DNA of 64,000 nt from Octopus sinensis (lineage: Eukaryota), in NCBI RefSeq assembly GCF_006345805.1, contig NC_043009.1, positions 23,188,001 to 23,252,000 on the forward strand. The letters run 5' to 3'. Of this stretch, positions 12,310-26,495 are shown piece by piece. Below the pieces are notes generated by a model. The model ran no database searches and was not told the origin of the DNA. It saw nothing but the letters and a program-made list of their open reading frames with translations. The stretch's first letter is position 1, and each line of letters starts with the position of its first letter. Both the position numbers and the translations under genes were made by a program.

Positions 12310-13980
12310 TATATCACATACATACACACATACACCTATACACACACACCTACACACGTACATACACACACATGCACACACATATACGCACATACACATA
12401 TACTTACACACACATACACACACACACACACACACATATATACGCACATGCATGCCTGCATGCATACATACACACACATACACGCATGCACGCATACATA
12501 CATACATACATACATACACACACACACACGCATGCACACATACATAAATACACACACATACATACACACACATACATACGTAAGACATACATACACACAG
12601 ACATACACCTATACACTCACACACACATACACCCACCCACATATACACGCACACGCATACATACACACACACACACACCTACACTCCCACATACATACAT
12701 ACACATCTACATACACACGCACACGCATACATACACACACACACACACACGCATACATACATACATTACATACGCACACACACACTTACATTCATACCTT
12801 CACTCATACATACATACATACATACACACACACACAAACATACACAGACACACACCCATACATACATACACACATACATACACACATACACCTATACACA
12901 CACGCCTACACACATACATACACACACATACATACACACACATATACGCACATACACATATACTTACACACATGCACACACACACACACACACACATACA
13001 TACGCACATGCATGCATGCATGCATACATACACACACATACACGCATGCACGCATACACACATACACACACACACACACACGCATGCACACATACATACA
13101 TACACACACACTTACAAACATATATACATACACACACACACTTCCACACATACACACATACATACATACACACACACATACACACACATACATACATACA
13201 CCCATACACATACACATATACACACACACATTCTTACATACACTCATACGGACACACATACACACAGACATACACACATACACACTCACACATACATACA
13301 CACACACTTACACACACACTCGCATGCACGCGCACACATTGCATGCGTGCGCGCACGCACGCATACATACATGCATGCACGCACGCCTGTGGCTTCTGGC
13401 TATATCTCGGGTTCGTGTCTGGGAGCCGGCGCGTTCTGGGTTTCCCTTACGCCTGTCACCACGGGAGTAGTTTTCCATCATTCCTTCGGTTGCTTTGTGT
13501 TTCCTTGCATGCATATATATACACACACCTAAACATATAAACACACATATAATACCCCTACTTTTTGTACACACACGCACATACATACATACATTCACGC
13601 ACTCACACACACACATTTACATATATATATACAATACACGCACACACACTTACACACGTACAAACACACACGAACTCACATACACACCGACACATACATA
13701 CACACAACATATACCTCCACGCGCACGCACACTTACACCTACGTACACTCATGTAAGCACAGACACACACATACATACGCACACCAAAACATGCGCACAC
13801 ATACGCACGTACACATACATACATGCACACAATCATACATATACGCACATATAAGCACACACACACACCCACACATACACTTAGTTAAGCATAGTTACCG
13901 GCCTACACACAAAAAACGCACACGCACACACACATACTACAACTAAACACACACACGAGACATATAAAAGCACACACACA
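12310..13980. repeat. Large compound (CA)n/(CATA)n microsatellite field
   Basis: Visible directly; it produces the His/Thr/Tyr/Ile-only pseudo-ORFs. Confidence 0.95.
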
Positions 13981-14305
13981 TTCCTTCGTGTTTCTGACCT
14001 GTCACTTGCTAGCCTTCGCCCTAGCCCACCTATACTCACATACACACCCTGTCATCTCTCACATTTTTGCGACTGCTGTTGCCCCAGCTTTCGCCTAACA
14101 TATACATACATACACACACACGCACACACTCACACATACACTCCCGCACACGGTTTCCTTACCTTCCTTCTTTCTCCGCTCTCTTGTCTTTGAAAACCCA
14201 CAATCTCTTGTTTACTATTTCCGCCTTTCCAGTATGTCGACCTCGTGAGACCACTTGCATTTTTTTCCCTCTGTCCTCCCACCTCGGGATCTTTCTTTCT
14301 CCTAT

Positions 14306-14340
14306 GTTTCCGACGAAGAGCTCCGCTCGAAACGTCATAC
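14306..14340 (+). ncRNA. Hammerhead-like motif in a Penelope-type terminal repeat fragment (~14150-14440)
   Basis: GTTT-CCGACGA-A-GAGC(tcc)GCTC-GAA-ACGT-C-ATAC. The downstream CCTGAGCGCC...TTCCACCT is shared with the minus-strand copy at ~35870-36000. Confidence 0.6.
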
Positions 14341-14436
14341 CCTCCTTCTTCCCTTTTTTCCTGAGCGCCTAATAATACTTTAATTGTTCCACCTCCTTGC
14401 GTTGTTGTCTTTTTGTTTTCTGTTTGGATTAACTTC

Positions 14437-14481
<45 letters not shown>

Positions 14482-15639
14482 CTTTAAATATTTGTTGTGC
14501 AAGATTTTTTATGTGAAGTCATGTGTTGAAACAGATATTGTTATATTTCGGAATGGTCATATTGCCAGTTTAGCCAATAAAAACACACGCACTATATATT
14601 TGGTGTTATTTTGCTTCAGTGTGATATTTATTTTTTACATTAATCTTAATCTTATTTCGGCCAAAGTTCTTTCGTCACACTCCTGTGACCGCATCAGTGG
14701 TCCTTTGTTTTCTTCTCACTTACTTGTGTCTCTCCTTACTAACCGTCAGCCATTTTGTATTTCTATTGTATGTCTTCATTTGCGCATGCTTATATCTATG
14801 TGCGTCTATGTTTATTTAGTGTGTGTGTGGGGGGGATGCCTGTAATATTTGTATCTTCTGGTTATATACATTCTTGTAATTTGTATTTTGTTTTTGTTGT
14901 TGTTGCTTTTGTTCTAATTTTGTTCATGTGTTTACATCCACCCATTATTATCATTCATATGCTTGTATGTATGTATAACAACAATATTAGTAATAATAAT
15001 AATAAATCTAATCGAAAAAAAAAAAAGAATAGAATATACATATATATATATATATACATACATATACATATAATATATATATATATACACACATATATAC
15101 ACAATACATATACATATATACACATATACATATATATAGATATTCATTTCTATTTCTTTAATTACCTGTGTATTTATTATGTTTGCAGGATCCACTATTG
15201 TCATATGTTGTGGTGTGTGCGCTATTGCTCCATTCTAGTTTTCTATTCAGGCTAGGTTTATTTTCTATTATATGTGTAGCTTCTGTAATTTGTCTAATTG
15301 TTGCATCTGTTCTATGTGTGGACAATATCTTAATCTCTATGTTATTGATTGATCCCCCGTGTCTTGTTCGGCGGTTGGTACAGAATCGATGAGCTTTTAC
15401 CTTCCTTGAGTTGTCTCCAATGTTCATTCACCCGCTCACCAATGCTTCTTGCAGTTTCCCCTACGTATGTTACTGTCTTGTTACTGCATCGTCCCTCTAT
15501 ACATCTTATACTATAGACCACATTTCTGGCTTCACAGTTTGTTTGTGGGCTAAATCTACATACAGTGCAATAGTTATCCGTACAGAGAGTTCTACTAAAA
15601 GGATAGGATTCTACCAATTATAGATCTGATATATAAACA

Positions 15640-17100
15640 TAATCTTAGTAGTTTCTGCCCCAGTAGATGTTTAAGAGGTAGACCGCCTACAATTACTTCT
15701 ATGGCTAGGAAGACACATATAGAAAGATGGCGCGGATGGACCAGAGCCATACGGAGCCCCGCAAATGTCCATCAGGTAAAGAAAATGATCGCACATGCAC
15801 TAGGAGCTAGTATAAGAGTTACCCTAAAAGGCCACACATTAAATTTAATAATAACATATATGCCCAGGACGAGGGGGCAGCCATCGGTGTTAGTATCGCT
15901 GGTGATGGGCAAACCTTCATGGTATGGTGGGACAGAAGGCTTTAAGAATGCCTACTGCAGAAATCCATACTCGTAAACATGTACTCTCGCTATGTTGATG
16001 ATCAATATAGTAGTAAAGGCACCCCCACAAGAGAGTACTGTTGATATAGTAATAGAAACTAATACTATGGAGAGCATCCAGCAAATAGCTAACTCCATCC
16101 ACCAGAGTATTAAGGTCACAATAGACTACCCCACTAAACACCCCCACCATAGACTACCAGTACTAGACACTGAACTCTGGCTAGAAATTGTGAAAAATAA
16201 AACCCAATCCTTCATTCATACTATGCAAAACCTATGGCCTCAAAATACCTGATCCAGCCATTGCGGGCAATGCCAAATTCAATATTTTGATGGCAGACCT
16301 CGTCAGAATAATGAGAAATGTGTCACGCATGTGCGAGCCTACAGAATTAAAGAGACACATACAGTATTTCATTCACCGCATGCAGTTCTCAGGTTACAGC
16401 CATAAAGAAAGGATCAGAGTATACAAAGGAGCCATGAAGAAATTGATAATATATTATGTAATGATAGGAATGGGATTTGCCCACTCTATAGGAACAAGTC
16501 ATGAAAACACTATAGAAAGGACAAAAAAGAAAATAGGGAAGGCCAACTCTTGGTATGATAGCCATAAATACCAGAGTGTCATGTTCGTTGACACCACCCC
16601 TGGAGGTGAACTAGCGTACCGCTTTAGAAGGACCCTAGATAAACTTAAACTAAGAATTAAGGTTGTTGAAAAGCCAGGCAACCCTATCAGATCTATAATT
16701 GGTAGAACCTATCCTTTTAGTAGAACTCTCTGTACGGATAACTATTGCACTGTATGTAGATTTAGCCCACAAACAAACTGTGAAGCCAGAAATGTGGTCT
16801 ATAGTATAAGATGTATAGAGGGACGATGCAGTAACAAGACAGTAACATACGTAGGGGAAACTGCAAGAAGCATTGGTGAGCGGGTGAATGAACATTGGAG
16901 ACAACTCAAGGAAGGTAAAAGCTCATCGATTCTGTACCAACACGCCGAACAAGAACACGGGGGATCAATCAATAACATAGAGATTAAGATATTGTCCACA
17001 CAAAAAAGATGCAACAATTAGACAAATTACAGAAGCTACACATATAATAGAAAATAAACCTAGCCTGAATAGAAAACTAGAATGGAGCAATAGCGCACAC
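15640..17100 (+). pseudogene. PLE reverse transcriptase / GIY-YIG endonuclease, disrupted
   Basis: RYVDD motif, thumb region (RMQFSGY), Cys-rich linker (CTDNYCTVC…C) and VVY…YVG GIY-YIG variant, with several frameshifts. Confidence 0.88.
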
Positions 17101-17613
17101 CACAACATATGACAATAGTGGATCCTGCAAACATAATAAATACACAGGTAATTAAAGAAATAGAAATGAATATCTATATATATGTATATGTGTATATATA
17201 TGTATATGTATATGTGTATATATGTGTGTATATATATATATATGTATATGTATATGTATGTATATATATATATGTATATGTATATTCTTTTTTTTTTTTC
17301 GATTAGATTTATTATTATTATTACTAATATTGTTGTTATACATACATACAAGCATATGTAATGATAATAATGGGTGGATGTAAACACATGAACAAAATTA
17401 GAACAAAAGCAACAACAACAAAAACAAAATACAAATTACAAGAATGTATATAACCAGAAGATACAAATATTACAGGCATCCCCCCCACACACACACTAAA
17501 TAAACATAGACGCACATAGAGATATAAGCATGCGCAAATGAAGACATACAATAGAAATACAAAATGGCTGACGGTTAGTAAGGAGAGACACAAGTAAGTG
17601 AGAAGAAAACAAA

Positions 17614-17658
17614 GGACCACTGATGCGGTCACAGGAGTGTGACGAAAGAACTTTGGCC
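17614..17658 (+). ncRNA. Hammerhead-like motif in the PLE terminal repeat (mirror copy at 14659-14703, minus strand)
   Basis: GGACCA-CTGATGC-G-GTCACA(ggag)TGTGAC-GAA-AG(aa)CT-T-TGGCC. The A9C variant is present in both arms. Confidence 0.6.
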
Positions 17659-17794
17659 GAAATAAGATTAAGATTAATGTAAAAAATAAATATCACTGAA
17701 GCAAAATAACACCAAATATATAGTGCGTGGTGTTTTTATTGGCTAAACTGGCAATATGACCATTCCGAAATATAACAATATATATATATAATAT

Positions 17795-18845
17795 ATATAT
17801 GTTAATAAAATAGAACATATGCACATATATAAAGATATTGTACGTACTACCTACCTCTACATATACATACACAGCATATATGTGTACAGGACACCAAAAA
17901 GACGTCGAACACATAGAGAGACGGAACACATAGACACAAACCAAGGAACAAGACAAGCAAAAAAAAAAAAAAAAAAAGAGAGATACAGGACATATAAGGC
18001 AACAACGAAAAATCCCCTTTTTAGTCGCTAAGGTTTCATCTACTAAACGTTTCGAAGGATAAAAGCGAGACGTATACTTCGAAGAAAACTTCCTTCCCGC
18101 GAAAAGCAAATCAATTAAAATTCTGAGATCTTTTCGCAGAGGGGTAAAAAAAAAAAGCAAGACGGTAACGACAGTACAAACATATAACAGTAAAAAAAAT
18201 ATATATATGAACAGTGGAAAAATAAATATAAACAGTGAGAGACAGGACAAGGAGAACAAGATAAGAAGGGCTGTTAACGCCAGACGAAAAAAGTATTGCA
18301 AACGCTGGATTATCGTGGACGACGAGAGAGAGAAAATGTGTCGACCAGTAGCCTTACAAGGCGGGCGAAAAAAGACAGGATAGCAGTTACGACGGAAGTA
18401 TCGTCGCAGATGGACGACGGGAATGGGGGAGGAGGAGCAAGAGGAAGAGAGAGAAGAAGGGGAATGGTGCGAGGAGACCATGAAGAATGGTGAAAGGGAG
18501 AGAGAGAATGAAGAATGAGAGAGAGAGGAAGAGACAAGTTAAGTGAAGGAAAAAAAGACGAAAAAGGGAATGCGAGAGAAAGAAAGAAAGATGCAGAGTC
18601 GCGTGAGAGTTAATATCAAGGCTAACTTGATAAACAGAACAATCTTACTTAATAGGGTGCGTGCGTTTAGTCGTATAATATGTTAATAAAATAGAACTTA
18701 TGCATATATATAAACATATATGTACGTACCTACCTCTACATGTACATATACACGCATATATGTGTACAGGACACCAAAAAGACGTCGAACACATAGAGAG
18801 ACGGAACACATAGACACAAACCAAGGAACAAGACAAGCAAAAAAA
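17795..18845. repeat. ~170-bp direct repeats flanking ~700 bp of non-coding sequence (possible non-autonomous element)
   Basis: TGTTAATAAAATAGAAC…GTGTACAGGACACCAAAAAGACGTCGAACACATAGAGAGACGGAACACATAGACACAAACCAAGGAACAAGACAAGC occurs at ~17800-17960 and ~18680-18840. Confidence 0.8.
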
Positions 18846-18877
18846 ATATATATATATATATTATATATATATATAAT

Positions 18878-18942
<65 letters not shown>

Positions 18943-19682
18943 AATAGATAGATAGATAGATAGATATAGATATATACATATTTATAAAAAATGTTTTTCC
19001 GTAATGAAATAAAAAAAACCATGTGTATATTCAAAGATATACACATATGTAAAGATATACATGTACGTATGTATGTATGTATGTATGTATGTATGTATGT
19101 ATGTATGTATGTATGTATGTATGTATGTATGTATGTATGTATGCGTGTATGTATATATAAATACATACTCACACACACACACACACAACACACATACACA
19201 ACCAGACACACACACACACATACATCAGGCGATCATTGCATATTTTTACTGACACCAAGAAAAGCATGTTCAGGTTACATTACGGGTGTTGAAACTAAAC
19301 ATCCCGTGAATCGATTACTCTCTCTTTAAAGGACGTTTGAAAGTCACAAGCAGTTCCTTACTTTGATTAACACATTATAGGAAAAAAAATAAGTATATAT
19401 AAAAACCAAAACCGATATGACAATTATACATTAAAGTTTATAATGAACAGTATTCATTGACCGATGAACAAGGAAGAGGTTGAAGTCAAGCATCATTAAT
19501 AAGTTGCCACAATCGTATTGCTGGACGAACAGTTTTATCTTTTGGAGGCTCAACAAAACAAGAGCCCAATTTTTAATAAGTCGTTGTCTCTATTGTCTGT
19601 CCGTCTGTGTGTCTGTCTGTGGGTCTGTGTGTCTGTCTGCCTCTGTCTCTCTGTCTGTTTCTGTCTGTCTGTCTGTCTCTGT

Positions 19683-19730
<48 letters not shown>

Positions 19731-19915
19731 ATCTATCTATCTATCTATCTATCTATTTATCCATCTATCTTGACTATTGAATAATTGTAACATATTATTT
19801 TACAGATATATATATAAATATGTATGTATGTATGTTGTATGTATGTATGTATGTATGTATGTATGTATGTATATATATATACATATATATATAGAGAGAG
19901 AGCCACCTTGGTATC

Positions 19916-19950
<35 letters not shown>

Positions 19951-20166
19951 ATATATATATACATATACATATTTATATATATATATTATATATATATATA
20001 TGTAGAGAGAGAGAGAGAGAGAGAAAGAAAGAGTAAGAGAAATGAACGAGAGGGAGAGAGTGAGTGTGAAAGAGTAAACGAGATGTATGATGTTCACTTA
20101 AGTGTTGGTAATTACATGTTGTACACGCTTCTAGTAATTTATCTCGATGATATTCGCTAATATATG

Positions 20167-20227
<61 letters not shown>

Positions 20228-20569
20228 ATGATATTTGCTAATATATGTTTATTTATATATAATTATATATTAGAGATAATTTCAGAAGTATTTCTTCAAT
20301 TCAGGGTTAATATCTTGAGCTAACGAGCCAGAGATTATCTTACTGCGAAGAACTGCTGAGATCAAGCTTTCGTACTGTGTGGCTTAAGGTTTAGATAAAA
20401 TATATACTACTAAAGTTGAAAAGTGAATATTGAAATGATACCATTGAAATATTCTACAGTTACGTTTGTACACGTCCGACGTAAACATTTCCAAAATAAA
20501 ATATTGCTCTTCAAAGTTATATCATGTTACCCGAAGTTCGAGAATTCAAGCCCACAAATACACACGCTC

Positions 20570-20717
<148 letters not shown>

Positions 20718-20930
20718 GGACAGACGCAAGTCAAATGGGCTCCACGTAAGTTGGTAGTTTTCTACGTTTAAAATTGTTGATTGTCAAACATTTTATGTCT
20801 AAAAGGTGTACAACAATACCCAACACATACTTTCATTAACATCCACACAGAATTTCGCCCTTTGTGGGCAAAATTAAAAAAAATTCTCAAAGGCTTCGTG
20901 GTTTTATTTTAGCCATTTTTATTTTCAAAA

Positions 20931-23041
20931 ATGGCTACTAGTCACCACGAGGTCAAAACGCAAGTCAAGCGTGACGGCCAAACAAAAGAGCAATATTCCT
21001 TGCAACCAAATGCTGAACCTGACAGTTCGAACGCCACTAACACCACCTAAACCACCACCACCACCACCACCATCAGCATCAACAACAGCAACAACTACAA
21101 AACCAGGCCGTCCACCGTCACCGCCACCAATGATTCCACCATCAACACCGACACCACCACCATAGAAGCTTCTGCTACTACAACTGCTTCCTCTGCTAAC
21201 GATTCCACTACCAACAACAACAACAACAACAAAACCAAGATCGCAAGACCAATCCCCGTCACCGCAACCAATGATTCCACCATCAACACCGACACCCTCC
21301 TTGACAACGCTTATGACGTTGATTTCCCCATACTGCTTTCATCACAATTTCATAAAGGAGGGGAAATGGGGGAAAACAACACGAACACAAATGTGAGCAT
21401 GAACGCTAACATCGCGACCTCCACTCAAAAACTGGTAAACAACCCGACTTCACAGTTATCTACTACTACTAGGAACGACTCTACCACAAACATCACCACG
21501 ACCACCACCACCACCTCCACAAAAAAACAATTTCGCGGAAGCCATACGACCGAAAAGAAGAATCCTAAAATTTACTCACCAACAAATACAAGACACAAAG
21601 TCCTTGCTCACCAAAAAAGGCGACGCAATGCGTTTAAATATTCCACGGAACATCATAGAAGAAATACAAAAGAAGACCATCATTTACAGAATACTAAACA
21701 CCAAAACAAAAAGACCAGAAAGCCCACCTACAGAAAAAATTGAAAAGTGCCTCTCTTCCGTGTGGAAATTCCGAAATCATGTGAATTGGGGAAGTAAATT
21801 TGCTACCGTGCAAGTTCGCTTCCATACGGAAGAACTAGCAAAAAAGTTTTCAACGCTTACTCTGCGCACTGACCAGGTAACAATGGTACCTAGCTACCTT
21901 GGGCGCAGAGTAACTAAAGTTACAATAAACAATGTGCCTCCAGTAGTGGGTACCCAGTGGCTGGTATCGGCCATCTGCTTCGATATAGAAGAAGCAGATA
22001 TTTTAGAAATAGCTGACACTCCAGAGGAAAGCTGGGCTGGAAAAAACTCGAATATTGCTTCAAATCTCCCAAGAAGCAATAAGCAATTTACCAACCAGTG
22101 TTCAACTGGCAAAAGATCAAAAATTGTATGTAGTGGTGGAGGGCAGGAGGCCAAGATGCTATTTATGTAACAGTGAGGCACACCTTATATACGAGTGCCC
22201 AACGGCTGTCAGAAATAGGCAACAGCAACAGCAACCACTCCCAAAACCTGGAAGAAAACCCCTGCTACCCACACCACCTTCAACCCAAAAGACAGGAAAA
22301 ACAGCGGACGATACAAAAACTGTTTCCCCCTCACCAACCACATCACCAAGAAGAAAATTACCTTCGACATCACAACCAGCAAGAGAAACAACATCAGCAC
22401 CAACATCAAAAGATAGACCAACACCAACACCAACACCAGCACCAAGAACAACAACCAAGAAAACAAAAAACAATGATGAAAAGACAAATTCTGCCCCTAA
22501 TACCCCAACAACACAAACACCACACAAAACAACGACACCTTCTACAAACACACATATAGATCCAAACGCTTTGCCTTTACCCCCTTCCGATTCATCAGGC
22601 TTTTCGTCTAACGACGAAAGTTCGACAGAGTGACAAATAGCCACCGGGGGTAAAAGAAAAAGATAAAAAAACAAACAAGAAAATGCAACTAAAGCAGGGA
22701 GATATCTGAACCCTGAAAGCTCCTCACACAACCAAACCAGCACCAACACTACAAAAATACACACAGCGATAGACACCAAAGACTCCAAACTAATGAAGTA
22801 CATCACAACCTACACAAACATCTGTGAAGATGACTTCAAAACTAACAACCATCCACGCACTACACCAGCAGAACACATCAAAATACTCCACATCACACAA
22901 ACACAACACCACACACTCAAAGTCCTCTTTCTAAATGCGGTTGGAGGGTTCCAAAAGTTTCTTTCAAAACAACTCTATAAAAACCTCCTCCCAGACACAC
23001 CAAAGGACGAGGAAGCCAAAACTTTCAACACAGGTAAATAA
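20931..23041 (+). pseudogene. LINE ORF1 (Thr/Pro-rich, RRM-like region, CCHC zinc knuckle)
   Basis: ATG at 20931 is in frame with 21366; contains RRPRCYLCNSEAHLIYECP (C-x2-C-x4-H-x4-C). In-frame stops at ~21048, 22631 and ~22665, plus two frameshifts. Confidence 0.8.
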
Positions 23042-23091
23042 CTCTCTATACTTTTCCTTTTGTGTTTTAAAGCACACGCCTCAAAAGGATC

Positions 23092-26000
23092 ATGGTCAAG
23101 ATTGGTTGTGTGAATGCGCGTGGTTTGGAGTCTCCTTGGAAACAAGAGTACCTCCTCAATGACATCAAGTCACACGATTTGGGAATCATAGCCATAAGTG
23201 AGACCAGGCTCCACGAGCCACGGGCCCTAAAGTCCATGTTTGGCGGACAGTTTAACATTTATTTTTCTCCCTGTCTGCCGAGGATGGGCGGTAGTGGAAC
23301 CGCGGTACTTTTTCACAAGAGCCTGGATCTCGAAGTCAAGACGATATTCGTAGACCCGGAGGGTAGACTGGTCGTCCTGGATGTCGACGGCAGCAATGGG
23401 TGCGCTTTTCGACTCGTATCAGTCTACGCAACGCCTTTAACAGGTCGGCTGGATTTCTTTCGACGTCTAGAAGTATTCCTGGGAACGTCTCGTCCTTTAC
23501 TTTTAGTGGGGGATTGGAATGCTACTTTGGACAAGCATCTAGACAATGTGGGGAGAGATAAAAACAGAAGGGGGTGCAAATACCTCAGAGACCTGCTCAG
23601 ACGATTCCAACTGTCTGACAGGTACCTACTCGACCACCCAAATGCACCAACGTGGACATGGAGCAACCGCATCGGGTCGTCGAGATCGTATCTAGATAGG
23701 ATACTGTGTAGGACAGTAGACAGGGATAATTTAGGATGTCCACAATTCCACACAGTCAGCTACACGGATCACAAATTCGTAACGTGTATGCTAGACTTAG
23801 ATAAGGCACATAGACAGGGTCCCGGTTACTGGAAACTAAACGCATCTTTCCCGTCCAGACAGGTTTTCAGAAACAGAATCAACATGTTAGTAAAGAGGGC
23901 TTTAACGGGAGCCATCGTCAACAACAAATGGTGGTTCGCCCTCAAGAGAGCAGTAAAAGCGGAAGCTATTAGATATAACAAGGCACTAGCCGTAGATAGA
24001 AATAGAGTACAGGGTGAATTAGTTAAGAAGTTAGAAGAAGCAATAAGAAGCGGCATCACATCCTACGTTTTAGCGGCGATGTTGGCCCTCGACCAACACT
24101 TCAACGCCAAACACGAAGGGTGTGCTGTCAGGGCTAGGATGCGTGCTCTAAGGATGGAAGGTGTTGGAACCGCGAGAAAGGCCCGGGTGGCGGAGGCGCA
24201 GCAGGGCAACAAAGTCATCATTCGGTCTCTGGTAGACGAACAAGGGCACGAATTGCTCGAGCCCAGCAAGATGTGCGAGGCATTTCAGCGTCACTTTGCC
24301 CGACTGTACGGGACGAGTGGCGAGCATGAACGTAGGGTGGACTTCAGTGCCTACCTGCACAGCCTACCACGACTCTCGGCAAGAGAGGCAGAGTGCTGCG
24401 AAGGTGCCATCACGGCGGCGGATGTGCGGGACGCAATGGCAGAATGCTCGAGAGACAAATCGCCGGGTTTGGATGGTCTGCCCTACGAGTTTTACAATTG
24501 TATGCTAGACTTATTTGGAGACGTCTTGGCAGTGGTATACTACAACTGGCAGCAAAACGGGAGCATACCCGGTTTTGTGAGTCGAGGAGCCGTAACGCTG
24601 CTGAAAAAAGATCCAAACAAGGGGGACATTATCGATAACTTTAGGCCAATCACTCTGCTCAATGCAGACCTGAAAATTTTGACAAAGGTGTTAGCCAAGA
24701 GGTTGGCTCTTGTCATCGAGAACCTGGTCGATAAGGCGCAAACCTCCATCTGATGCGCTACATCATAGACAGAGTAGTTAAGGAACCTGGCATGGGTGGG
24801 GCCCTGATCAATTTGGATCAATCGAAAGCTTTCGATAGGGTAGACCATCGATACTTGGAGGCAGTCCTGAGAGCAGCTGGTTTCGGTCCCGTCTTCCGCG
24901 ACTGGATAGCTGCCTTGTACAGAGGTATCCGTTCGGTAATTTGCGTAAATGGACATCTATCGAGACCTTTCGACATTGCACGTTCGGTCCGTCAGGGATG
25001 CTCCCTCTCGTCGCTTCTATACGTATTGACTCTCGAGCCACTACTGCGGAAGCTGGCGACTCTGAGGGGCATCCCGCGAGAATTGGGATACGGGACGAGT
25101 GTGTCTGCATACGCGGATAACATCACCATCATAGTGTCAAGCCACGAGCACATCGAGCTGGTTGGCGAGACACGAAGAGACTACGAAGCGGTGACTGGAG
25201 CGAAAATCAACCGGGAAAAGTCAGTGAACTTGCGGCTCAGCACCTGGAGAAGTAAGCCCATGCCATCCACCGTCGTGGACGCTGGACGGAAGGCCCGGTT
25301 GAGTTGCTCGGGGTCTGGTTCGGTCCGGACCTCCAAATGGAGAAGAACTGGAACAAGATAACGAGTAGGGTGGTCACTCCCGCCCGGCAAATGGGCCGAG
25401 AGGAAACTTTCCCTATAAGGTCGGGCGGAGGTGGCGAACACGTACATCGCGTCCATTATCTACTACCGCCTGACCGTCGTATCTTGTCCCGACCCTACCA
25501 TCACCAAACTACAACGCATTCTCTTCCGCTTCTTGTGGGAAGGATGCGTCCCGATGGTCAGGCGATCCATTTGCTGTCAACACCCATTAAAAAAGGAGGG
25601 CTGGGCATGCCGTGGTTGATGATGCGCAGACACGCGCTGAGACTGCGACATCTCCGGCTCTATATAGACGACGGTGAACAGGTGTGGTCGCCGTTTGTGA
25701 GGCACGCTTTCCCGCAGCTCGTCTCCATGACAAAACTGCAGTCGTGGATCAAAAAGAGGCCGAGGAAGGGCGAATGGCACCGCGAGTGTCACGTTGCTCT
25801 CAAGCAGCTATGCCGTCCCGGGTCGACTTTGAGTGACTTCAACACAACCCAAGCATTCTATAGGGGATTAGTGGAGGGGAGGTACGACGACGATCTTGGG
25901 GCGAACCTGGGCGTCGACGAGGAATACCTGACCCGCCTGTTTGAGACGACTTTCGGGCCGGGACCTATGGAGAACTTCCAGAGATCCCTGGCCTGGCAGT

Positions 26001-26495
26001 GCTACCGAGAAGCGCCACCCGTTCGGGATAAGCTCTATAGGCATGGCTCGAGAAACACGGGTCCGACCTACCCGAGATGCAGGCAGAGCGACGAAACCGT
26101 TCTGCACGCACTCGTACAGTGTCCAACAATCTCCGACCTGTGGGCTTATGTCGAACGACTGCTGTCACGTGTGGGACGAGTCGGTTTATCAGCTGAGTCT
26201 ATCGTCAATATTGAAGGAAGGAGGCGTTCCTTCCTTCAAACGGGAAGGAAGAGCTATTTTATCATACTTGTGGCTATGGCGAAAGAATGTATCTGGTGGA
26301 CGCGCCTGAAAGGATTAGAGACAAACACTTTCCTCTCTGGTCAATCTCTCATCAAATTCTTCAAGTATCACTTGAAAAGGAAAGTGATAGTAGAGAAGCA
26401 AGTTTTGTCTAGCAAATGTTTAAAAAAAAGAATGGGTGAATGTAGCAAGGATGGCACGTATGAATGACGAAGCCACCTTGACTATGATACTATGA
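23092..26495 (+). pseudogene. LINE ORF2 (APE endonuclease, reverse transcriptase, C-terminal Cys/His motif)
   Basis: APE motifs NARGL, ISET, GDWN, SYLDR, TDH; RT motifs KSPGLDG, NFRPITLLNADLKI, LDQSKAFDRV, VRQGCSLS, YADN; C-terminal PRC…ETVLHALVQC. Several frameshifts. Confidence 0.95.

Larger units (their letters stand above)
14535..17781 (+). mobile_element. Penelope-like retroelement (PLE), 5'-truncated, with an inverted copy of its 3' portion
   Basis: Frameshifted RT (…MYSRYVDD at ~15980-16002; LPVLD) and GIY-YIG endonuclease (NVVYSIRC…YVGETARSIGERVNEH) at 15632-17100. 14535-15631 is the reverse complement of 16685-17781. Confidence 0.9.

Noticed and set aside
12262-13872. Long His/Thr/Tyr or Cys/Val/Met ORFs (up to 397 aa) and the many similar short ORFs across the window
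   Set aside because: They are translations of (CA)n, (CATA)n and (TA)n microsatellites, which lack stop codons.
22159-22806. 215-aa antisense ORF
   Set aside because: It is a shadow of the A/C-rich LINE ORF1.
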